From NCBI RefSeq assembly GCF_001194135.2, contig NC_068982.1, forward strand, positions 4,816,031 through 4,879,957: DNA of 63,927 nt. The letters run 5' to 3'. The translations under genes and the position numbers were made by a program. The notes beneath the pieces are model-generated. The model was not told the origin of the DNA. It saw nothing but the letters and a program-made list of their open reading frames with translations, and searched no databases. Source of the stretch: Octopus bimaculoides (lineage: Eukaryota). Shown one piece after another: positions 13,980-24,299 of the stretch (position 1 is the stretch's first letter; each line of letters begins with the position of its first letter).

Positions 13980-14410
13980 CAGTGATATACATCTGGAAAA
14001 TCTTGAAAAGACTTGCACTAAAATTTGGCATTGAAAGTTACACAAAAAGCAGCACAGGGTGCCACTGTGTAGTACTAAAGATCCCCACATCACTATCAAG
14101 ATACATGACTAGATACTGTAACAGCTTGGGTTTCAGGGGCCCACAGCTTTTCAACATCGTCCCAAAAAGCCTGAGAGACCTACATGGAGTGGATATGGGT
14201 GTCTTCAAAACAAAATTGGATCTCCTCTAGTCAAGAGTTCCAGATGAACTCACCTTGTGGCAGGAAACAGAGATGAGGGCAGCAATGTCAAACTCCATCA
14301 TTCACCAGATGCACATATCAGAGGAGGTTTCAAGTAGTGAAGGTATAGCAAAGCTAACATTTGTGCTCCAGCATGGTTGCATCCCTTGAGCCTAGTTAAA
14401 TGGTTGAATA
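13980..14410 (+). mobile_element. CR1/L2-group LINE 3' end remnant
   Basis: RYCNSLGFRGPQLFNIVPKSLRDLHGVDMGVFKTKLDLL*SRVPDE...RAAMSNSIIHQM resembles the CR1/L2-type C-terminal signature (FN.LP..LR....FK.KLD.FL..VPD.P). Confidence 0.75.
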
Positions 14411-14559
14411 TTGAAGATTTCTTTCTTGTCACAAAGTCTCTCTTCTACAATAAACATTTATTTGTTTTTCATTTACATGAAAATTGATATCTTATTTCAT
14501 AGCACTGCATTACAATTTAAGAAACGACCATGTAATAACTTTTACAAGTTAAAATTCAC

Positions 14560-14905
14560 TATTATCAACTAGCAAACTTGTGATATCTTCAACAGGTCAG
14601 TATGTGATATTTTCAATGAACCAACACTCAATCAATATCTACAACAGACCTGCATTTGATATCAGTGATTTAGCATTTAATTTCTTTAACTAGTCAACAC
14701 GCAATATCTCAACAGGTCAACATATCTTCTACTGGTTAATATTCGATATCTTTAACAGATTCACATGTGATATCTTCAACATGTCAGCATTTGATATATT
14801 TGAATGGCTAGCATTCAATTTCTTGAACAGGTCAAGATTTGATATCTACATGGGATATCTTAAACAGGCCAAAGTTCCTTAATTGAAAGGTTTGATATCT
14901 TCCCT
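14560..14905. repeat. degenerate 24-bp minisatellite (unit approx. CATTTGATATCTTCAACAGGTCAA)
   Basis: GATAT anchors at 14582/14606 and 14769/14793/14817(variant)/14841 are spaced exactly 24 nt apart. Confidence 0.8.
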
Positions 14906-15049
14906 TCCTCTTCCAGTGGGACAAGGATATCAAGGGCCATTTACATCAGTCTCAATCCACTGTCTGGTTTGATTGCCAAACAGTGGAGGCCAAAGTAGGA
15001 GACACTTAGACATGGTGCCATGCAGTGAGACTGAAACCTGAATCATGTG

Positions 15050-15460
15050 ACACAGTTCTATATTTAAGAGATGAGGAATTGTGTCCATTATTTACATTAT
15101 TTACATTTGGCAGATATTTGTCCTCATTTTGTTTGTTGTTAACACAACGTTTTGGCTGATATACTCTCCAGCCTTCATCAGGTGTCTTGGGGAAATTTTG
15201 AACCTGGGTTCTCATTCCTAAGGTATTCTTCAATGGCATAGTGGTTAAGAGCGTGGGCTACTAACCCCAAGATTCCACGTTTGATTCCAGGCAGTGACCT
15301 GAATAATAATAAGATCGAAAAATACCTTAGGAATGAGAACCCAGGTTCGAAATTTCCCCAAGACACCTGATGAAGGCTGGAGGTTATATCAGCTGAAACG
15401 TTGTGTTAACAACAAACAAGATGAGGACAAATATCCATCAAATGTAAATAATGTAAATAA
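15050..15460. mobile_element. palindromic hammerhead-containing element, copy 1 (inserted into a family B SINE)
   Basis: About 145-bp inverted arms around a tRNA-like head. 12-bp TSD CTGAATCATGTG (15038-15049) / CTGACTCATGTG (15461-15472). The flanks reconstitute a family B SINE. Confidence 0.9.
15362..15407 (+). ncRNA. minimal type I hammerhead ribozyme motif (Penelope-like)
   Basis: GACAC-CUGAUGA-A-GGCUG(loop)CAGCU-GAAA-CG-UU-GUGUU. Stem I GACAC/GUGUU, stem II GGCUG/CAGCU, palindromic stem III AACGUU, predicted cleavage after GUU. Confidence 0.7.
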
Positions 15461-16014
15461 CTGACTCATGTGGTTAGGAAGCAAGCTTCTTACCACACAA
15501 CCAGACCTGTGCCTCTTGAATGATTAAATCAATAAATATTGCAAATAGTTACACAAACCAGAACTTATTTACACCCGCACACACACATTTGTTTCCCAAC
15601 ATATTGGTTTTCAGCTTTGATATACGGTCACAATTTTTTTTTTTTTTTTGCTTCCTATTCCTATTGGCACTTAATTTCACCAACCCAATTTATTGGTTTG
15701 GTGAAATAATGTATTTTTAGAACATGAGTAAATGTAATTGAATAACACAAGGTATTTTGTTTGATGCTCTACAAGTTCTAACAGTCCCCTATAATCTATG
15801 GAAGTTAGATAAACAGATAAATGGAATACAATGTGAAAGAATAAATATCGAGGCTAAATCATATTTTGTCTTTCCGATAAGCTAAATGATAATCTGTGTC
15901 TTGATTTAATATATTGATATTAAATATAAATCATATATTGTTATAATTAAAGGTACTGATAAACAGCGCCTACATGCTAGAAACGGACGTCAAAAGACTC
16001 TAAAAAAAGTACTT

Positions 16015-16075
16015 CAAATTACTCTCAATTAGCAAATTACTCTCAATTAGCACAAATTACTCTCAATTAGCACAA
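16015..16075. repeat. 3x 18-20 bp tandem repeat CAAATTACTCTCAATTAG(CA)
   Basis: Direct inspection. Confidence 0.9.
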
Positions 16076-16320
16076 GGCTGAAAGCAAGCAAATGAATAAC
16101 ATGGATTTAGTAAAATTCTGAGGTTAATTCTAGATCGTCCATTTTCTGGTTTAGTAACAGAAATTACATGCTGGCTACAGAGATCATTGATTGATTTTAT
16201 CCTTAATTATGTATTCATATATATGTATATATATATAATTTGAGTGTCTACGAGTATTGTTAATTAATAACAATATCTATAAAATAATATAATTTATATA
16301 TATATATATATACACATATG

Positions 16321-16386
16321 GATGGAGGTGAATGGCTTATGTATCTATGGAGGTGCATAGCTTATATCTATGGTGGTGCATGACTT
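16321..16386. repeat. 3x approx. 23-26 bp tandem repeat (TATGGAGGTGCATAGCTTATATC-like)
   Basis: Direct inspection: gatggaggtgaatggctta / tatggaggtgcatagctta / tatggtggtgcatgactt. Confidence 0.75.
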
Positions 16387-17825
16387 GACTGACTTTGGAG
16401 ATACCAATTCCTGGATATACCAGTTTCTTTGGAGATACTAGCTCCTGTTCATTCGGATTACGCCACACTAATCTTGATTGGAAATCATCACAATCCGTCT
16501 ATGACTCTTCCACTTTTCCTTGTCCTCCTCCTACCTTTCTTCTTTCTACTTCCACTTTTCTCTTTTTACCGTCAACTATAACACCTACACCAACACTCAC
16601 ACCGTCTTCAATAAGTGACCGCGTGTGTATCATTGGCGATTTTCTTTCTCCGTTTTCCCTTCTTTGGACTTTTTCTATATTTNNNNNNNNNNNNNNNNNN
16701 NNNNNNNNNNNNNNNNNNNNNNNNNNNNNNNNNNNNNNNNNNNNNNNNNNNNNNNNNNNNNNNNNNNNNNNNNNNNNNNNNNCACACACACACACACACC
16801 TGCACACAGATAATCCACATAAACCAACTTAACACACTAGTCTTTCTATTTGCTGTAGCAACTTAGAATTTTTCTACACTCAGCTCTACCACAATCAGCT
16901 TCGTCATTCCCATAACATGACTCTGTGGTTAGCATATGTTTCCTTTCAACTTTATATTGTTCATAGGGGCTGTTCTCTAATTTACTGGAAAATATTTGTT
17001 ACAACATCCGGAGCTTGGTTTTGAATTTGCACTTGATTTTAAATTCATTTTAAATAAAATCATCAGAAATTATAGAAATTTGATAACAATGAAAGTTTAT
17101 AACATTATCCATGTTTGTAAACAATGGTTTCTCTGCAGATAACATGAATAATTATACATATATAAGTTAGTCCTCTAAAGCACACACACTCGTTTTAAAA
17201 CATTCAGTATCGATAATGCACATATATAAATATATGCACACATTTATGTATACATATGCATGTATATCTACATATGCACATACACATATATATAAATGTA
17301 TACATATATATGCAAATACACACACTTATATATTATAAATTATACGGTGCCCCAGCATGGCCACAGCTCATGAGCTGAAACTAGATAAAATGATAAAATG
17401 ATAAAATATCTGTGCAAATATACATACATATAAAATATATACAAGTATGTACATGTATATACATACATACATATGTACATATATATATATATATAATTTA
17501 TATTCATTTGTACACATACACTATTATTATCATCATTAACAACAGTAACAATAATAATAATGATTTTCAAATTTTGGCACATGGCCAGGAACTTTAGGGA
17601 AGGGGGATGGTTGATTACATCGACCCCAGTACTCAACTGGTACTTATTTTAGCAACCCTGAAAGGATGAAAGGTAAAGTCGACCTTGGCAGAATTTGAAC
17701 TCAGAACATGGAGACAGACGAAACACTGCTAAGCATTTCACCGGGTGTGTTAATGATTCTACTAACTTGCCACCTTGATAAGAATAATAATAATAATAAT
17801 TCTTTTCCTTGTTTTTCTATCGCAT

Positions 17826-18170
17826 AACTTTTTATATGAACAATCTGGTGTGTTTATAGTAATGGCCTACCATAATATACAGGGAATTTCTTTGCCCTAG
17901 GTGTCAGGAAGACACTCAGCAACAAATAGAAACAAAATTGAAAGAAGGAAAATAATAATGACGACAATAATAATATTGTCAGTTTAAGAATGATTACTAT
18001 CCATGTAAATAATATACTTTTTCTACATAACTTTATTTCATTTTGTAAATGAACAATCTGGGATGTTTATTTCAATGGCCTGTCAATAAATATAGTGAGT
18101 TTCTTTCCCCAGGTGTTGGGAAGACACTCGGCAAGAAATGGAAACGAAACTGGAGGAAGAAGAAAAACAT
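17826..18170 (+). mobile_element. two degenerate direct copies of an approx. 135-bp non-LTR 3'-end-like sequence next to (AAT)n
   Basis: atgaacaatctgg...aatggcct...tttctttgccctaggtgtc.ggaagacactc.gcaa.aaat.gaaac occurs at about 17835 and 18049. The first copy ends in an AAT tail. R4/Dong-type origin is from recall only. Confidence 0.5.
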
Positions 18171-18552
18171 AGTTCTTTTATAATATATATNNNNNNNNNN
18201 NNNNNNNNNNNNNNNNNNNNNNNNNNNNNNNNNNNNNNNNNNNNNNNNNNNNNNNNNNNNNNNNNNNNNNNNNNNNNNNNNNNNNNNNNNNNNNNNNNNN
18301 NNNNNNNNNNNNNNNNNNNNNNNNNNNNNNNNNNNNNNNNNNNNNNNNNNNNNNNNNNNNNNNNNNNNNNNNNNNNNNNNNNNNNNNNNNNNNNNNNNNN
18401 NNNNNNNNAATCAGAACATCACCAAAACACCTTATTCAGGTTGAGCATTTTAAACCCTCTTCAAATATATATTTTCATTATTCTGTATACTCTATCTAAA
18501 CAGATGATTATAGTTATAGACATTCATACATATATAAATATATACATATATA

Positions 18553-18600
<48 letters not shown>

Positions 18601-18680
18601 TATGTATGTATACGTATATATGTACATATGTATGTATATGTATATATGTATGTATGAATATATGTATCTACGTATGTATG

Positions 18681-18722
<42 letters not shown>

Positions 18723-18997
18723 GATGCATCTGTTTTGCAAATTCAGTCAGTAAATGTAGCTGCAAAATATGTAATCCTTTTCTAAATCTTAGTATGAAAC
18801 TGATAAAAGATTTTGTTAATATTTTCTGTTTGCACGTTAGTAAAGCACTTACATGCAAATGCATATATACAGATGTATAGAATTATGTGTTTGAGTGTAT
18901 CTGCATAGACACACACTCATATATATATGTATACACACATACATGCATATGCACATACACATATTTATGTATATTTGCATATATGTGTGTATTTAAA

Positions 18998-19029
<32 letters not shown>

Positions 19030-20198
19030 AATATGTTTGTGCATATATTCACAATTAAATTTAAAATGGAAAAAAATAATTAGGATTCACTGAAGCAGAT
19101 TTCTTTCTGGAATGCTTTAAGAATTTAATACAATTAAAATGTGTTACAGAATTGGCTCACCAAAGTTAATACCCCTTCCTACAGCCAATTATATTAATTC
19201 ATATAAGGGCATTACTATACAATAATGCCTCACGCTAAGAGGGACTCCAAAAGTCAAAACTACCATAAGCACATTTGTACCAATTATATTACATAAAAAT
19301 TCTTTCTTCTAAAGGCACAAGGCCCGGGGAGGGGACTAGTCGATTATATTGATCCCAGTATTTTCGCTGGTACTTAATTTATCGACCCTAAAATGACTGG
19401 CGAAGTCAACCTTGGTGGAATTTGAACTCAGAACATAGCGATGGACGAAATACTGCTAAGCATTTCGCCCAGCGTGCTAACGATTCTGCCAGCTTGTCAC
19501 CTTTACATAATAATGATTTCTAAAATATAGGTATAAAGCTTCAAAAATTGAGAGCAAGAAGACTATAATCCATTACATCAATCCATCATGTGACTGTTAC
19601 TTCATTTTAAGGATGAAAAATAAATGACCATGACAGAATTTTGAATCAGAACATAAAAAGCTATATTGCAAGTAATATTAGTCCAATACTTTTCTATTTA
19701 TGTCAATCTAGTGCCCTTACCATATTTAATAATATTGATTTGTTTTGATTAGGCACAAGTTTAATCAATTCATATATTCATTTGATAAAAATTGAGTCGG
19801 TGTCTTTACATTTTAAATCAACATTTCATTTTCATTTTAGCTTCTGTTTGGCTTTATAATTTATAATAAACATTAATGACAAAATGGAAACAACTACATC
19901 TCATCTAGGATCAAATCGTTTGAAAATATTTAAGAAGCAAATCACATTCAGAAATTTTATTTGCAAAATTTATTGTCTATAAATTAAAGCAATCAGTAAT
20001 TTTGTAGATTTTGTTTGGTATAACTAAAGCTGTATGAGCAGAGAAGGATGAATTACAATAAAGGTTGTGTCACTTCTAATTGAATTAGAATAATGTGGAG
20101 AAATTTCAAATGCTAAGGAAACAGACGTTTGAGCTTGAATCTATGTATGTATGTGTGAGCGTAGGTATAAATTTCTGTACATATATATGCGTGTGTGC

Positions 20199-20247
<49 letters not shown>

Positions 20248-20527
20248 AATGTTGTACAGTGAGAATGAGTGCTCAGCATTGCATTGACAGATAAATATTC
20301 TTTATTTGTGGGAATAACAAAGCTACCATTAGTTTCATGCAAAGAGAAATCTCTCAAAAATTACCGAGCTTTCCATGTGTAACATCGGCACAAGCCTTCA
20401 TCTTGGAATAGAATATCATTCAAGATGGAATGAGTACCAACGTTCCATATGGCAAACTTGATAATTATTGAGAAATTTCTCTTAGCATGAAACCAATGGC
20501 AGCCTTGTTAACATACAAATAAAGTAT

Positions 20528-21032
20528 ACGTGTGTGTGTGTGTGTGTGTGAATGTGTGTATGTATGTTTGTGTGTATATGTGTGTGTGTGTGTGTATGTA
20601 TGTTTGTGTGTGTGAATGTGTGTATGTATGTGTATATATGTGTATATGTATGCATATGTATATATATGTGTATATGTATATATATGTATATATGTGTATA
20701 TGTATATATATGTATATATGTGTATATGTATATATATGTGTATATGTATATATATGTGTATATGTATATATATGTGTATATGTATATATGTGTATATGTA
20801 TATATGTGTATATGTGTATATATGTGTATATGTATATATATGTATATATGTGTATATGTATGTATGTGTATATTTATGTATGTGTATATGCATGTATGTG
20901 TATATGTATGTATATATGTTTGTGTATCTGTATGTATATATGTATGTGTGTATATGTATATGTGTATATATATATGTATGTGTATATATATGTATGTGTA
21001 TATGTATATACACATGCATATGTATGTATATA
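20528..21032. repeat. long (TG)n/(TATG)n/(TATATG)n microsatellite running into a gap
   Basis: Direct inspection. Confidence 0.95.
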
Positions 21033-22469
21033 NNNNNNNNNNNNNNNNNNNNNNNNNNNNNNNNNNNNNNNNNNNNNNNNNNNNNNNNNNNNNNNNNNNN
21101 NNNNNNNNNNNNNNNNNNNNNNNNNNNNNNNNNNNNNNNNNNNNNNNNNNNNNNNNNNNNNNNNNNNNNNNNNNNNNNNNNNNNNNNNNNNNNNNNNNNN
21201 NNNNNNNNNNNNNNNNNNNNNNNNNNNNNNNNNNNNNNNNNNNNNNNNNNNNNNNNNNNNNNNNNNNNNNNNNNNNNNNNNNNNNNNNNNNNNNNNNNNN
21301 NNNNNNNNNNNNNNNNNNNNNNNNNNNNNNNNNNNNNNNNNNNNNNNNNNNNNNNNNNNNNNNNNNNNNNNNNNNNNNNNNNNNNNNNNNNNNNNNNNNN
21401 NNNNNNNNNNNNNNNNNNNNNNNNNNNNNNNNNNNNNNNNNNNNNNNNNNNNNNNNNNNNNNNNNNNNNNNNNNNNNNNNNNNNNNNNNNNNNNNNNNNN
21501 NNNNNNNNNNNNNNNNNNNNNNNNNNNNNNNNNNNNNNNNNNNNNNNNNNNNNNNNNNNNNNNNNNNNNNNNNNNNNNNNNNNNNNNNNNNNNNNNNNNN
21601 NTATACAAATATACCTGCTATATATATATAATGACACAATGATACAGGGCTAATGTGTATAAATACAGTTTAGCATGTTATCTGAATACAATTTTAGAGC
21701 ATATGTATACAACCTCACAAAACACATATTTGTGAATTTATGGTTCATACAGATGTACACAAATATATTCATGTGTATAACATTAGGATGGGAGAGAAAA
21801 TAAACCAAAATATGATAAAATTTTCCTGTTTTAGATATTCATATGATATCTATGATAAAAACCAAAAGTTAACCATTTTTAGTTCTTTCAAAGCTTGGCA
21901 AAAAATTTTGAATAACTAAAAATGTTATTTTGGAGACATTTTTATTTTTTCAATTTTTCTTTGATTTTTTTTAAAAATTATTTTTCTCTTCATTTTAATT
22001 TAATTTCTATACAATAAAATACTGTGCAGTGAGTATGTAGAATAAATAACTTATTTCAGTGATAAGAACGGTGTAGATATAGACTCTAGGGTAAGGTATT
22101 GGATGAAGCAAGAAATTAGAAGCTAGCCATTAGCAATAGTTTCTATATTAAGAAAGCATACTTTCCGAGATCATTTGAAAAAAGTGTTTTTAATATTTCA
22201 ATGTGGAAAGTAAAATATAGGCAGAAAACATCGTTATGAGACTCTACAATATGTCTCTGCACATTTCTGGTAGTGTTGCAGCCATCAGGACTGCAAACAC
22301 TAACTAGCTATCATCAGTTCATTGAAAGTAAAACAGCACTAATTGAGGACTAGCACCAGAAAACTGACTGACTGTCACTCATCTTATTAAACCAGTCAAA
22401 TGCTGTAGAGAAATTACACTCACTTAGAACTGAACTACCAGTTGCCTTCATAATTAGCACACAAATATG

Positions 22470-22870
22470 AAACTGTGATACATGAATCCTGATGTAAGAG
22501 TCACAAATGACACAGTTATGTGAAATCAAGGTAATAAGCATACTCTGATGTATCACATTTCACATTATCATTATGTAAGATTATGTAAAACACACATCCT
22601 AATGTATCATACATTTCACATTATGTAAAATTATGTGATACACGCATCCTGATGTAAGTATCACAGATGAAACATTTGTGTGGAATCAGGTGATTTGCAT
22701 AGTCTAATGTAAGTATCACACATTTCACATTTATGTAAAATTATGTAATACATACATCTCGATGTATCACACATTTCGCATTATGTAAAATTATGTAATA
22801 CATACATCTCGATGTAAGCATCGCAAACCCACAGTTGTATGAAATCTTGTGATACATACATTCTAAATGA
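22470..22870. repeat. degenerate minisatellite with approx. 50-bp unit
   Basis: TTATGTAATACATACATCTCGATGTA at 22741 and 22791. Related units with CACATTTCACATTATGTAAAATTATG recur from about 22550. Confidence 0.8.
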
Positions 22871-24299
22871 GCATGCACTTCATTTTTTTTTTCTGAATTT
22901 TTTATTCTTTTTTTCTTACAACCTTTTTTTTTAACCAGCACTCCCTTCCCTGCCAGATCAACTTATAGTTAATGATGTAATTTCATTAATAAGGTTGATT
23001 GGTGTCTAACTTTCTGGTTAATAATAATATTTTTTTAATCACCTTCTTTATATCCTGTTTTGATCCATTTTCTTTATAATGGAAAGAAATAGAAGATAAA
23101 AACTCATTGAAAGATTTGGCCAATAGAGACACTCAGAGAAGGTAACCCAAGTCTTTCAATTGACTCCCAATGTACACAGTTCAAGCAGAGACAAAAAAAA
23201 AAGTAATGATTTCCCAATATGAACCATAATGTCTTGCGAAAAGCTGTCAGCCAAGGAAAAAATACTTGTTGTAGTTGTTGTACACAAAAACAGAATGACA
23301 GCGACAATTCAAGTACATAAAAATTTTTCACAATCAGGTCATGCAAAAAAGAAAATAAAACTAAAATAATAATAATAATAATAATAAAATCCACAGGTGT
23401 CTGCTATCGTTTTTTTTTTTTGATTCATACATTTTTATGCAATACTTTGTCAAAAATTAAAAATTGCCAGAAATTGAAGTTTATGATTCTTATTGCAAGC
23501 AATTAGCTTTAGGGTAAAGCTTGTCAAAAAGCTGCCATGAGATAAAAATGGAGAAAATTGCCTTAGATTTCGTTTGATTATTGTTTTTTTTATAGTTAAA
23601 TTTCTTTTCTGTTAATTTGTACTAAACAAACAAAATATAAAATTATAAAAAAAATATGCATGTATATATATGTGTGTATGTGTGTGTGTGTGTATGAATA
23701 TATGTATATTTGTATGTGTGTGTGTAAATGTGTATGCATATACATGCATGCATTAATTAGAATTTACAAAGAAAGGAAACTTGAAAAGATTATAATAATT
23801 ATATTTTAATTAATGAAACAGAAGCATGTGTAATTTAGGATAATGTTAATTACAGAAAATACTAATTATTATTTGGTAATGGTAGAAACACTAGTTTTAT
23901 TTATTTATTGTATGTTTTTTTATTGGCTTGGTCAGGAGGAAGTAACTTTGTTTGTGGTCATCACAGACCTTCCTTGACCATCAAAATGAATTAATGTTTA
24001 GATTTTAAGGTTCAGGTTTAAATCTAGAATAAAAGTATTGGCAAATCACATAAGAAATATATTTTAATTAAACAGAAAATATATTAAGATTATTGAAAAT
24101 AAAAGTAATATTTAAACACATAATTTCAAGAAAAAGTGTTGACGAGAGCAGGTGGTTGCAACAAAACAAGAAATAGGCATTTGGCATAAATTTTGATTAT
24201 TCTAAAGGTTTGCTGTAGTTGTTAAGAATGAACTGAAATTTATAAAGTATTTGGAGTGAATTTAAGTTTCTTCAGATTAATACAAATATAAAATAATAA

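Noticed and set aside
15234-15300. Possible tRNA-Ser(ACT) gene
   Set aside because: Anticodon stem and acceptor stem do not pair properly, and it is embedded in a repeat. Treated as a SINE-type head.
11749-21653. Long YI/CV/HT-rich ORFs, including 11749-12192, 13317-13683, 18492-18880 and 20465-21653
   Set aside because: These are translations of dinucleotide microsatellites and N gaps, open in several frames at once, with no coding signal.
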